Source of the DNA: Armatimonadota bacterium
GTDB taxonomy: Bacteria > Armatimonadota > Fimbriimonadia > Fimbriimonadales > Fimbriimonadaceae
Assembly: GCA_031400935.1 (NCBI GenBank)
Contig: JANNQV010000035.1
Span: forward strand, 1 to 64,000
Direction of reading: 5' to 3'
Length of the DNA: 64,000 nucleotides
Each line of letters opens with the position of its first letter. Position 1 is the first letter of the stretch. The notes under the pieces are model-generated. The model saw nothing but the letters and a program-made list of their open reading frames with translations, was not told the DNA's origin and made no database searches. Below are positions 17,306 to 26,668 of the stretch, piece by piece. The translations under genes were made by a program, and so were the position numbers.

Positions 17306-18036
17306 GGCGTGGAATTAGTGAGCGCGGGCGTCCCGCCCGCTTCCGTGCTCCGGACGTCTCGTCCGGTGAGTCTCGGGTTCTTTTTCAAATCTAAAGCCGC
17401 AATTGCAGCCTCTAAAATCGCCTTTGCCAACTTAGTGCGCCCCGCCTTCCTCGAAATCACCTGCTCATCATCAGGATTCGAAAGTACGCACATTTCAACC
17501 AGAATTGAAGGGCATTTGCTGTGAATCGAACCAATCAACGCACCGTATTTCGACCCAACTTTTGTTTGACGGTCTGTTTTCAATCCTCGGTCTTTCAGGA
17601 GGCCATTCAATTTTTCAATGAGAGTTTTATGAAATGCCTTTGCCATTGGTTTGACCTGACTCAAGACTTTCGACGATGGCCCAGAGACACCGTTGATGGT
17701 CCCCTTTCTGTCCGCAAAATAAGTTGCGATGCCTCGCGAATTCGTATCATGATCGCAATGCAATCGAACCATCAAATCTGCGTGAGCGTTGTTCGCAATC
17801 TGTGCCCTTTTTGGGTTCGTGACATACTGATTTTCAGAATTTTTTGTGAAAACGACCTTGTAACCCTTTTCTTTGAGTAACGCTCCTAGTTCATTTGCAA
17901 CCAGCCAATTTGCATGGATTTCTGAAATGTGTTTTCCCTTGGTGCCCTTGCCAATTTCCGACGGATGACCTGGGTCAATACAGATCGTGGCCTTTTCGGG
18001 AAAACCTAAAACAAAAAAAGCGAGTAAATGAATCAT
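17302..18036 (-). CDS. N-acetylmuramoyl-L-alanine amidase (Amidase_3)
   Basis: ICIDPGH, E, RLHCD, SILVEM; ATGA overlap with upstream gene. Confidence 0.9.
   Translation of the reverse strand: MIHLLAFFVLGFPEKATICIDPGHPSEIGKGTKGKHISEIHANWLVANELGALLKEKGYKVVFTKNSENQYVTNPKRAQIANNAHADLMVRLHCDHDTNSRGIATYFADRKGTINGVSGPSSKVLSQVKPMAKAFHKTLIEKLNGLLKDRGLKTDRQTKVGSKYGALIGSIHSKCPSILVEMCVLSNPDDEQVISRKAGRTKLAKAILEAAIAALDLKKNPRLTGRDVRSTEAGGTPALTNSTP
17321..17367. repeat. Two REP-like hairpins inside the amidase 3' end
   Basis: GCGGGCGTCCCGCCCGC and CCGGACGTCTCGTCCGG; encode GRDVRSTEAGGTPAL. Confidence 0.75.
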
Positions 18037-19196
18037 TTCTTTCGATAGGGATTGCAAAGCGGGTCGCCGATGACCACGTCTTTCCATTTCAAAAGCGGCG
18101 ATGCCATGTAAAAGCTTTCAGCCATATTATAGCCACTGGTGTAACGATCAAAAAGTATATCGGGTCGGGCAAGAGCAATTGAATATGGCTCGCTGACGTA
18201 ACCCTTTACACCAGTCACCCCGGACTGAATGAGATCGCCGATCATGCTCTGACCGACATCTTCAAATGTAAGCCTCCGAGCACCCCAAGAAACAAATGTT
18301 TCTGCAATCGCGCCAGGCTTGAAGCGAATGCCCCGATAGATGGCTTTGTCGTACGACGCATCGTTGCTTCCCCAGGTCACATAGCCCATCACAGGCTCTC
18401 GCGAACTCAAAAACACTCTTGTTGTGTCGAGATTTACAACATACTTCTTTTGCTCCAAGATTTCGCCTGCTTTTTCAAGAGCCTGAGGGAGTCGCGTGAA
18501 TTGCTCGTTGTTTTTCGTTGGGTCGCCATCAAGCAAAAACGGTCCCTTTTCTGGCTTTGCGGCAAGTGAGTTGTCTACCAACCTTTTGCAATCTGCAACC
18601 GAAAACCCGTCGAGCCGAGTGACCAGAAAGAAGCCGTACTTCTTTGCAGAAAATGATTCATTCTTGCCCAAATACGGACTTATGCATCGCCGAAACTCGT
18701 CATCCGATGGTTTTTGGGACATTGGTTCCATTTTTAGGTTCATTGTCATGATCCAAGCATCAACAGAATAGCGCCGTTCTTCGTTGACAAATGCTAGCGG
18801 GAAGCCTCGGGTCGTAACTATAAAATCAATCTTGTCCTTTAGAGACTTGACTTTTGCCCGGATCGGGTCAGCTATTTGAGATTGGAAATTCTCTTCTGGA
18901 AAACGGTAGTGAACTGGCAGTTTCATTCGCAAAACATTTGATGATGGTATCTGCCTTTGCTGAACGTAATAGTTTCCAATTTCGACCGCATCAGTGCTGT
19001 TTTCATTAATTACGACGAGGGCACGAGAGACATTGGGGTCTGGGGGAAGGGTCTTATGGTTCTGAGGTTCTGAGGTCTCGGAAAGGGTATGGGGTTTAGG
19101 GTTTAGGGTTTGTGGTTTCGAGATTTCGCATCCTGTAGCGAAAATCGCCACTAGTGCCAGCAATTGTCTGCAATACAAATTCAAATTGGCTTTCAT
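18033..19196 (-). CDS. TIGR03790-family lipoprotein
   Basis: ATGC lipobox; LVVINENS...YYVQQRQIP, LVTRLDG, WGSND, FKPGAIAET, GYVSEPY, VVIGDPL. Confidence 0.88.
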   Translation of the reverse strand: MKANLNLYCRQLLALVAIFATGCEISKPQTLNPKPHTLSETSEPQNHKTLPPDPNVSRALVVINENSTDAVEIGNYYVQQRQIPSSNVLRMKLPVHYRFPEENFQSQIADPIRAKVKSLKDKIDFIVTTRGFPLAFVNEERRYSVDAWIMTMNLKMEPMSQKPSDDEFRRCISPYLGKNESFSAKKYGFFLVTRLDGFSVADCKRLVDNSLAAKPEKGPFLLDGDPTKNNEQFTRLPQALEKAGEILEQKKYVVNLDTTRVFLSSREPVMGYVTWGSNDASYDKAIYRGIRFKPGAIAETFVSWGARRLTFEDVGQSMIGDLIQSGVTGVKGYVSEPYSIALARPDILFDRYTSGYNMAESFYMASPLLKWKDVVIGDPLCNPYRKK

Positions 19197-20416
19197 GATC
19201 GGTTGGTGCCGCCCGATACTTCATTTTTCCGCTTCAAAGACTTTCCTTCTAAACGATCCCGCAACTTGCGCTCCGCTGACGCTGACAACCGCTGAACATG
19301 CTCCAGAATCGGCCCACGAACTCCACTTGGCAGATACAAATATCGCATATTTGTAAAAGCGTGTTGCGGCTTCCACCGACGTTTGTAAGGCTCGTCGCCG
19401 CGTAAGAAGTCAAACGTCGTTCCGCCCTCTTTGATGGTTGACCTAATGAGATCGGCAAGCAAAATGGTTCCTGAGGAAAGAGATTTGAAATTTGGATTCA
19501 TACCGGCTTGATAAAAGAACGTCGTAGTGCCAAATTTCATTCCATAAATCGCAGCAATAGGTTCATTTTCCTTCAATAAGAGGCGCAACCGGAGCGAATC
19601 TGTTGCCTCCGCCAGCGGTGCCCAAGTCCGATGAAATCGTTCCCTTCCCATGAATGCGCCTGGCTGTCCTCGGCTTCGCCATCGGGAGGCGTGAAGCCGA
19701 AAAAATGCGTCCAAACACTCCGAAATGTTGTCCGTTTCGGCAGGAACAATTCTCAAATTGTTCTTTGTCAAAAATTCGTTTTCCGCCCGGCGGCAGTCCG
19801 TTCTCAGGCTCTTTCCAAGGGATTTCAGATATGCCTTGTAGGAATCGGGCAAGTCTAGTGAGAGGCAGGTAGCTTGTTCCAATGCGATCATATTTGGAAG
19901 AGTCGAATTCTGGCACCCCGCTGGGGTGCTTTGTTTCTGGAATCCATCGTCCTGGGGTCTCTCTTCGTTCAACCCCAGGCTATTAGGCTTCGATCCCTTC
20001 GGGAACATCCGTTCGATCCTGTTCGACGTGCAGGACGGCAAAATCCCCTCACGAACCTGTTGAATGTCTACGGCATTGTCGCCCCTTTCGCAGAGTCTTT
20101 CGATTAGTGGTTCAAAAGCATTCGAGCCGTTTCGAATGATGGGATGTAAATAATCAGACGGCCCGATTCCCATGCTCCGAAAGCCGCCAGCAATCCCCCT
20201 TTTCCCAACCAGCGGAATGGCTCCGACCAAATCGTTCCCTTCATACGCTGTGGCCAAGAAGATTCGCCGGCGTCGGCCAAGTGTGAATGACCAGGATTGA
20301 AGCCAGTCAAGTGTGTGAAATGGTGTTGGAAACGCAGAATCTTCAAGCAGTTCGTCCCATTCGCCCCGAAGCCGAGACATCCATTCGTTCCCCTCCTCGA
20401 CTTCAACACGAATCAC
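19193..20416 (-). CDS. GNAT family acetyltransferase (CelD/BcsL, Acetyltransf_6)
   Basis: TPFHTLDWL, SDYLHP, FFRLHASRW, FYQAG...SSGTILL, FDFLRGDEPYKRRW. Confidence 0.9.
   Translation of the reverse strand: MIRVEVEEGNEWMSRLRGEWDELLEDSAFPTPFHTLDWLQSWSFTLGRRRRIFLATAYEGNDLVGAIPLVGKRGIAGGFRSMGIGPSDYLHPIIRNGSNAFEPLIERLCERGDNAVDIQQVREGILPSCTSNRIERMFPKGSKPNSLGLNEERPQDDGFQKQSTPAGCQNSTLPNMIALEQATCLSLDLPDSYKAYLKSLGKSLRTDCRRAENEFLTKNNLRIVPAETDNISECLDAFFRLHASRWRSRGQPGAFMGRERFHRTWAPLAEATDSLRLRLLLKENEPIAAIYGMKFGTTTFFYQAGMNPNFKSLSSGTILLADLIRSTIKEGGTTFDFLRGDEPYKRRWKPQHAFTNMRYLYLPSGVRGPILEHVQRLSASAERKLRDRLEGKSLKRKNEVSGGTNRS
19913..20004. repeat. Multi-hairpin REP-like element in frame within the GNAT gene
   Basis: GCACCCC-GCT-GGGGTGC; CCTGGGG...CCCCAGG; TCCC-TTC-GGGA. 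Confidence 0.7.
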
Positions 20417-20448
20417 GTCTCATTGTAGCCGACAGGTACAATTGAGGC

Positions 20449-20787
20449 ATGGCAAAGTGGAAAGAGGGTGACAAAGTTCGAATCGTCACACGCCCTGTTA
20501 CTGAAGATGATCGCAAGTCGAACCAGTATTTTGATCACATGGCTGGGGTTACAGGCGTTGTTCAATACATCTACAAAGAGGGCTTGATTTCGATCCTTGT
20601 CGATCCTGGAACGCTTCCGAAAATTAGCTCTGAGGTTCACAAATATGCGTCTTCCCGGATGCGAACGAAGTTCATTGAGAGCATCGGTGAAGAGCAGCGA
20701 AAGACTTTGACAAGTGAAGAACTAGCTTTTCCCGTCAATTTCAATTTGCTGGTTTCCGAAACTGACTTGGAACTTGCAAAGGCGTAA
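20449..20787 (+). CDS. Hypothetical protein (SH3/KOW-like N-terminus)
   Basis: WKEGDKVRIV...GVTGVVQ; first gene of the yajQ operon. Confidence 0.75.
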   Translation: MAKWKEGDKVRIVTRPVTEDDRKSNQYFDHMAGVTGVVQYIYKEGLISILVDPGTLPKISSEVHKYASSRMRTKFIESIGEEQRKTLTSEELAFPVNFNLLVSETDLELAKA

Positions 20788-20793
20788 TCGAAA

Positions 20794-21288
20794 ATGGCAG
20801 TAAAAGAATCTTCGTTCGATATCGTCAGCAAGCCTGACATGCAAGAGTTTCGCAACGCAGTTGATCAGGCTCAGCGAGAACTCGACAACCGTTATGATTT
20901 CAAAGGCTCAAAGTGCGAAATCAATCTTGAAAAAGACAATTTGACGATCCTTGCCGATGACGAATTTCGTTTGCAGCAGCTTCAGGATATTTTGCTATCT
21001 AAATTTGTAAAGCGCAGCGTGGACATGAGGTTTATCGAATACGGAAAGCCAGAGCATGCAACCGGACTGTCGCTGAGAATCAAAGTCACCATCAAAGAGG
21101 GAATTTCTCAAGACGACGCAAGGCCGATTATCAAACAGATCAAAGACAAAGGGCTCAAGGTTCAGGCACAAATTCAGGGCGATGCGATTCGGGTTACATC
21201 AAAAGACAAAGACGAGCTTCAAAAAACCATCGCTTTTGTAAAAGGGCTCGATCTGCCGGTTCCCGTTACTTTTACAAACTACCGCTAG
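20794..21288 (+). CDS. yajQ: YajQ family nucleotide/c-di-GMP-binding protein
   Basis: SFDIVS, NAVDQA, RYDFKGS, KVQAQIQGD, RVTSKDKDELQ, FTNYR. Confidence 0.96.
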   Translation: MAVKESSFDIVSKPDMQEFRNAVDQAQRELDNRYDFKGSKCEINLEKDNLTILADDEFRLQQLQDILLSKFVKRSVDMRFIEYGKPEHATGLSLRIKVTIKEGISQDDARPIIKQIKDKGLKVQAQIQGDAIRVTSKDKDELQKTIAFVKGLDLPVPVTFTNYR

Positions 21289-21296
21289 AGCACCTT

Positions 21297-21743
21297 ATGC
21301 CAGTCGTCGAAACCACAATCCACATTGCTGCGCCTATCGAAAAAGTGTATGCAGTCGCAAAGGACAACGCTTCTTTTCCCGAATTCATGAGCGACGTGAA
21401 ATCCCTCACGATAGTAGAGAACGACGGTAACAGAGTTGTGAGCGATTGGGTGGGCGTTGTGCCTACTTTTGGCCTGAAAGTTCGATGGACGCAAGAAGAC
21501 ATTTGGAATGACACCGCGCATACCTGCGAATTCAAAATGCTCAAAGGCGATTACGACAAGCTGGATGGCTCGTGGAAACTCGTTGAAGAAAACGGCGGCA
21601 CGAGGTTCGACAGCGTTGTGGATTACGAATACAACGTTCCAACTCTTGGCGCTCTTGTGAAAAAAGTGATCCATAACATCGTGATCAAAAACATGGAGAA
21701 TGTCCTTCAAGCGATCAAAATGCGAGCCGAGGCTAGCAGCTAG
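21297..21743 (+). CDS. SRPBCC / polyketide cyclase-like protein
   Basis: IHIAAPIEKVY...FPEFM, GDYDKLDGSWKL. Confidence 0.88.
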   Translation: MPVVETTIHIAAPIEKVYAVAKDNASFPEFMSDVKSLTIVENDGNRVVSDWVGVVPTFGLKVRWTQEDIWNDTAHTCEFKMLKGDYDKLDGSWKLVEENGGTRFDSVVDYEYNVPTLGALVKKVIHNIVIKNMENVLQAIKMRAEASS

Positions 21744-22087
21744 GAAATCTCAGATTCCGACTTCTCAATCTCTGGAGCCATGGCTGGCAATGCCATCGCT
21801 CTTGCCGAAACATACAACTTGATCCCCCGATTCGCGATCATGGAACCTACCCCTGCCATAACTAGCAGTAGCAATATCCGAACAAACACGGCCACCAACG
21901 ATTGTCCAGCTTGAGCAAAATCTACCGCTTTGTCCTTTGCGATGCCGACGGCTTGATCTGGCGGAACTGAAAACAGTTCGAAAGCGAGCTTGAAGGTGAA
22001 AAAAAGCAGGCCAATTCCAAAAACAAAAGTCAGGAAGCCAAGCAACATGCCAAACCAATCTGAAGAATGTTGCCGTTTCATTGCCAT
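21740..22087 (-). CDS. Hypothetical 2-TM membrane protein
   Basis: Two hydrophobic helices; GSMIANRGIKLY. Confidence 0.7.
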   Translation of the reverse strand: MAMKRQHSSDWFGMLLGFLTFVFGIGLLFFTFKLAFELFSVPPDQAVGIAKDKAVDFAQAGQSLVAVFVRILLLLVMAGVGSMIANRGIKLYVSARAMALPAMAPEIEKSESEIS

Positions 22088-22114
22088 AGCCTAACTTCCA
22101 TGTTACCGCCGTCG

Positions 22115-22229
22115 TTTGGGAGTGCGCCGACCATGTCGGCACTTTTTCCAACCTTACAAATCACTCATTGAACCCAGGCTTTTTCGCGATATCCTGAAAA
22201 AGCGCCAAAATGGTCGGCGCACTCCCAAA
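22115..22229. repeat. REPIN-like inverted repeat, family B (GGGAGTGCG head)
   Basis: TTTGGGAGTGCGCCGACCAT...GGCACTTTTT and AAAAAGCGCC...ATGGTCGGCGCACTCCCAAA. Confidence 0.8.
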
Positions 22230-22280
22230 ATTACCGCTCCAAACCAATATGCCCTAAGGCGTCGGCAAGGGTTCGCGGTT

Positions 22281-23096
22281 CTACTTTCCTGACTTTGTCA
22301 GAATATCTCTAGCCATCGTTACAAACTCTGGCATAGCTCCAGATAGGTTGATAAGTTCATTGCAGGCTCGTTTCGCCTTTACATTGTCTTTTGTAATCTG
22401 GTAGCAAAATGCAAGTGAGACTAGCGCATACGCTTTTTCTTCAACTGTCACACTCGTTGCCTTGCCCTTTATGAATTTGGCAATCGCCAAATCGAGCTTC
22501 TTCTCCGCTTGATACGCTTCTCCAAGCGCATTGTATCCAGAAGCTAAGTATCTTCCAGAATAATTCGCCTTTTCAGCCAGAGCAAGATTTGCTTCAGATA
22601 AATTCAACCTATTGCGCTGCGCGTTGATGGATGACATTCGAGCATTGGCCTCACCATTTCTCGGATTGGAAGTTAGCAATATCGCGAGTTCCGGATAGCA
22701 ACCATAACCGTCAACAATTCTGCTCATTTGCATTGCAAAAACGGAAGGTGGCAGGTAGCCGGAAATACTTCCCCATACGTCCCCAGTCGAATTCAAGAAG
22801 AGAATTCTTGGCAATCCTTCTACCCCGTATTTTTTTGCCAGGGACTTTCCTTGTCTCTCAACATCTGCCTTTAGTGAGACTACCTGTCGACTCAACCGGA
22901 TGACTTTTTCGTTAGAAAACGTGTCGGAATCAAGCCTTTTGCACCAGGTGCACCAATCTGCTTCGAAGTCAATCATGACCAGTTTCTTAGCATGCTTAGC
23001 TATCACGACTGCTGAGTTGTAATCCTTTACCCACTCAATCTTGCCAACGGGGCCAACTGATGCGTATAGCGCTATGGCTAATAATGATGTTGTCAT
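22281..23096 (-). CDS. Exported thioredoxin-fold protein with TPR-like C-terminus
   Basis: IDFEADWCTWCK, YGVEGLPRILFL, helical repeats. Confidence 0.85.
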   Translation of the reverse strand: MTTSLLAIALYASVGPVGKIEWVKDYNSAVVIAKHAKKLVMIDFEADWCTWCKRLDSDTFSNEKVIRLSRQVVSLKADVERQGKSLAKKYGVEGLPRILFLNSTGDVWGSISGYLPPSVFAMQMSRIVDGYGCYPELAILLTSNPRNGEANARMSSINAQRNRLNLSEANLALAEKANYSGRYLASGYNALGEAYQAEKKLDLAIAKFIKGKATSVTVEEKAYALVSLAFCYQITKDNVKAKRACNELINLSGAMPEFVTMARDILTKSGK

Positions 23097-23105
23097 TTCT
23101 CACTC

Positions 23106-23651
23106 CTATTTCTTCGCAAATCTCTTGATTAATGCGTCTAGTGACGCTTGATTGCCGTGGACGAAAAATGCCTTCAATTTGGATGAATCGTCGCTTGCAT
23201 CGTAACCATTCATTCGAATCGTGACTTCCGTATGCTTGGCGTCAATCTCTTTGAAATAGATCACAGTCCAAGTTCGAGAAATTGCTTCTTTGAACGGAAA
23301 ATCTGCAGGGACCCTTGTGTTCTTTATCGAAATCATTCGTAAAGGATCGTAAGCAAGAATTGAATTCTCGATCACCTCCGGTCCCTTCAGGTCGCTACCT
23401 TTTGAATAGCTAGTGCGGTACAGGCCCCCAATTCGCATATCAACGGTTCCGGATGGAACCATCCACGAGCAAATACCTTCCTTTGTTGACCAAGCTGCCC
23501 ACACATCTTTGATGGACGCATCAACGATTCCAATCGTGACTATTGGTTGATCTGCAGTCGCAAGAATCACCATTCGTTCAGCAGATGTTTGTTGAGTAGC
23601 CATTGATGTCAATGCTACGAGTGATGTGACAATTGATGTAATCATATTCAT
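23106..23651 (-). CDS. Exported SRPBCC/AHSA1-like protein
   Basis: DASIKDVWAAWSTKEGICSW, DMRIGG, ILAYDPLRMIS; AAGGA SD. Confidence 0.85.
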   Translation of the reverse strand: MNMITSIVTSLVALTSMATQQTSAERMVILATADQPIVTIGIVDASIKDVWAAWSTKEGICSWMVPSGTVDMRIGGLYRTSYSKGSDLKGPEVIENSILAYDPLRMISIKNTRVPADFPFKEAISRTWTVIYFKEIDAKHTEVTIRMNGYDASDDSSKLKAFFVHGNQASLDALIKRFAKK

Positions 23652-23662
23652 GTTGTTTTTCC

Positions 23663-24295
23663 TTAGTTTTGCTTTGGCACGGACCAATCCTTGCCATCAA
23701 TTACAAGCCGATCAAAATACTCTCTAAGCGCAAACACTGCCTGATCGAAAGGCTCTAGAGAACCATATGTGCGGGCCAGCATGACCGCGCCCTCCATAGT
23801 GGCCAATAGTAGTGCGGCTAAGCGTTCGGTGTTCACATCTAGCGGCAAAAATCCTCGTGCCTCCTCGATAATTAGTTGGACTTCTCCTAACCATCCATCG
23901 AAGTTCTCTTTCAAGAGAACGCGCGCCCTTGCATGGCTATTGCTAAGTTCTAGTGCGAGGTTTCCGATGGGGCATCCAAGGCGAAAATCGGTAGCCTCCA
24001 GGAGGAGTCTGTAACCATGAAGCACAGCAAAGATTCGGTCAATCGGCTCGCTCGCGTTCTGGCGGGCTGGATCAATCACCATTGGACAGAGCATCAATTT
24101 GTACTTCTCCAGGACAGCAATAAGCATGTCTTCCTTTGTTGGAAAAAAATGGTATAGGCTCCCGCTATTAGCCTCTGCTCGAGTTAGTATTTGCGCCATG
24201 CCTGTTCCGTTGTAACCCTGGTCAAAGAACAGCTCACGTGCCGCTTCCACAATGCGGTCACGAGTCGGCTCAATAGTTCTTAGTTGATCGTTCAC
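23663..24295 (-). CDS. TetR/AcrR family transcriptional regulator
   Basis: TRDRIVEAARELFFDQGYNGTGM...GSLYHFFPTKE; GCPIGNLALE. Confidence 0.95.
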   Translation of the reverse strand: MNDQLRTIEPTRDRIVEAARELFFDQGYNGTGMAQILTRAEANSGSLYHFFPTKEDMLIAVLEKYKLMLCPMVIDPARQNASEPIDRIFAVLHGYRLLLEATDFRLGCPIGNLALELSNSHARARVLLKENFDGWLGEVQLIIEEARGFLPLDVNTERLAALLLATMEGAVMLARTYGSLEPFDQAVFALREYFDRLVIDGKDWSVPKQN

Positions 24296-24491
24296 CTAAG
24301 TATTATAGCTCGATCTGAGTCTGACAATGAATTGATGGGTCAAAAGTCCCAAATTTGAGTTCATGAGGCTACAAATGGACTGAGTAACAAGCTACAAAAA
24401 GAGGATGCAATCGAAAAGATTAAGACGTATCACGGTTGGTCGCCATCCGCCATATGTAAACAGAAGTGGCTGGGAAGAATAGCAAGAGCCG

Positions 24492-26558
24492 CTACCTCTC
24501 CCAACCAATATGCCCCAAGGCGTCCGCAAGGTCCGAAAAGGTTCGTAATTCTGGAGGAAGATTTGCCAACATCTCTTCCCCGTATCTCTTTGTACGAATT
24601 CTTGGGTCCAATATCGCAATAACTCCTCGGTCATCGTTATGCCGAATCAACCGCCCCGCGCCTTGCCGAACAATCATTTTCGACATCGGCAAAGTCCACG
24701 ACGAAAACGGCTCTAATCCCAGTTGCGTCAGATGAGCCATTCGAGCCAAGGCCGGGGGCTCGATGGGAACTTCGAACGGGATTCGAACAATGGCTACGCA
24801 CGAAAGAGTAACGCCCGGCGCATCGAATCCAGTCCAAAACGAACGCAATCCAAATAGCGATGCATTCTCCTCTTCCTTGAATTGATCGCCGATGTAAGCA
24901 GCACCGGAAGATGGCTGAACCAAAATTGGAAGGCCCGGCGGCAACGTCATTCGTTTGTTCACTTCGTCCATCTCTCGACGAGAATGGAAGAGGGCTAAAG
25001 TTCGGCCACCCATAGTTGTGATGATTTCGGTAAGATGGTCGGCGATTTGCTGAAAATAAGCGGGCTCTGTACCATTTTTCCTTGCAACAGACGGGTCGCT
25101 CACTCTCCCAGTTTTTGGAATGAACAACGCCGCTTGATGGCAATAATCGAATGGACTTGGAAGCACTTCCTCAAAGTCCGGTTGGCAACCTAAAGTTCGA
25201 CGCATGAAGGCGAAATCGTTGTCAATGGCGAGCGTTGCGGAGAGCAAAACATACGGCTTTCGATCCCAAATCAGCTCTGTTAACGGTTCTGCCAGCCCGA
25301 TGGTATCGGACCGCAATGCAGCCGAAGATGTATGAGACCGAACATAGCTAACAGTCACGCCTTCGGGTTGCAAAAGAGCCAAGGCCTCCGCGCCAATTTC
25401 GCTCATATAGTTCATATAGTTGCGAACGGCCTCTTTTGCCTGCTTTACAGATTCTCCAGCAGAATCCTCCCATTGCGTAAGTAGCTTAGTAAGGGCACTC
25501 ACAAATCGGTGACAGCATTCAAAAAGCGAAGTCGCAATTCGAGTCGCACCTTCTAGTCCATTCGGAGCCAGTGCTGACTTAACTGATGGATGCTCCTCCA
25601 ACGAACTCGGAGAAGTCTTTAAAATTCCGCCCTTGGCGAGTTGAAGGCCGTAAGTCGCCAAATCTCTTTCGATCATGGAGGCACCGGAGCGAAACTCTTC
25701 GCAAAGGTCGGTAAGTTCCCGTTTCCCATGGCATTGGTCTGCGATGGTAGAGAGTGCCGATTCGATCCGTCCGCAAAGCCCCATTAGCATGTGAAGTTCT
25801 GCTGAAGAAAGATCGAATTCCAATCCGCTTTGCGCGGCTTGTATGAAGTCGTGGCCTTCATCAACGATTAGAAAATCGTACGCGCCTAGCATCCCCTCGC
25901 CCGAATCGGAGTGCTTTGCGTTCAGGGCGTCTTGAATGACAACAGAATGGTTGGTAATTACAATTTGGGCTCGTTCGGCTTGCTTTCTGGCCCCATAAAA
26001 CCAGCACGAATCGTATTCTGGGCAAAGCCTCGCGGGGCAAACTGGCGGCACAGAAACTTTCTGCCAAAGAGAATTGATTGAGGCGTAGGGCGAGCGGGAA
26101 AGTTTACGGAACTCGGTGTCAATTCCCAGATCGAGACGATTGGAATATTCTGGAAACTCGCTTGGCATTGTGTCACGAAGGCCCAGCCTGCAAACATATC
26201 GCTGCCTACCGATCAAAAATGCACACCGAATACCGGAGCTAGATTCAAATAGGGATAAGGCGAGGGGAAGGTCCTTTCGCCAATATTGTTCAGCAAGCAC
26301 GTTTGTGTAGGTTGCAATTACTGTTCGTTTACCTGAAACTATGGCTTGAGCAATGGCTGGAATCAGTGCAGCGAGCGATTTTCCAAGTCCGGTTGGCGCT
26401 TCAATTAACCCTCTTTGCCCATGCCCAATGAGGTCGCAAACGACTTGCGCGAGGTGCAATTGCCCTGCCCTTTCGGAATACCCAGGCATATCAAGAAGGC
26501 GCGCAAGAGCCGCCTCGACTAGGTCTGTTGCGGTTGGAAGTACTTCCTCGGATGTCAT
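24492..26558 (-). CDS. DinG/YoaA-family ATP-dependent DNA helicase (Fe-S)
   Basis: EAPTGLGKS, four Cys, ITNH, DEGH, SATL, SPFDY, FWTGFD, QGAGRLIR. Confidence 0.93.
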   Translation of the reverse strand: MTSEEVLPTATDLVEAALARLLDMPGYSERAGQLHLAQVVCDLIGHGQRGLIEAPTGLGKSLAALIPAIAQAIVSGKRTVIATYTNVLAEQYWRKDLPLALSLFESSSGIRCAFLIGRQRYVCRLGLRDTMPSEFPEYSNRLDLGIDTEFRKLSRSPYASINSLWQKVSVPPVCPARLCPEYDSCWFYGARKQAERAQIVITNHSVVIQDALNAKHSDSGEGMLGAYDFLIVDEGHDFIQAAQSGLEFDLSSAELHMLMGLCGRIESALSTIADQCHGKRELTDLCEEFRSGASMIERDLATYGLQLAKGGILKTSPSSLEEHPSVKSALAPNGLEGATRIATSLFECCHRFVSALTKLLTQWEDSAGESVKQAKEAVRNYMNYMSEIGAEALALLQPEGVTVSYVRSHTSSAALRSDTIGLAEPLTELIWDRKPYVLLSATLAIDNDFAFMRRTLGCQPDFEEVLPSPFDYCHQAALFIPKTGRVSDPSVARKNGTEPAYFQQIADHLTEIITTMGGRTLALFHSRREMDEVNKRMTLPPGLPILVQPSSGAAYIGDQFKEEENASLFGLRSFWTGFDAPGVTLSCVAIVRIPFEVPIEPPALARMAHLTQLGLEPFSSWTLPMSKMIVRQGAGRLIRHNDDRGVIAILDPRIRTKRYGEEMLANLPPELRTFSDLADALGHIGWER

Positions 26559-26668
26559 ATTGCTCTTCTTTTCAAAAACCTCATGAAATTATCAGGTTTT
26601 CACCCTGAAGAACCTAAAGTAGTTTCCGAGAATTGTAGTGTACGGGAAGGAGCGGCAGGAGCCGCAAG

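Noticed and set aside
19085..19112. Plant-telomere-like TTTAGGG repeats
   Set aside because: Only about three units; best explained as one of the many local heptamer families.
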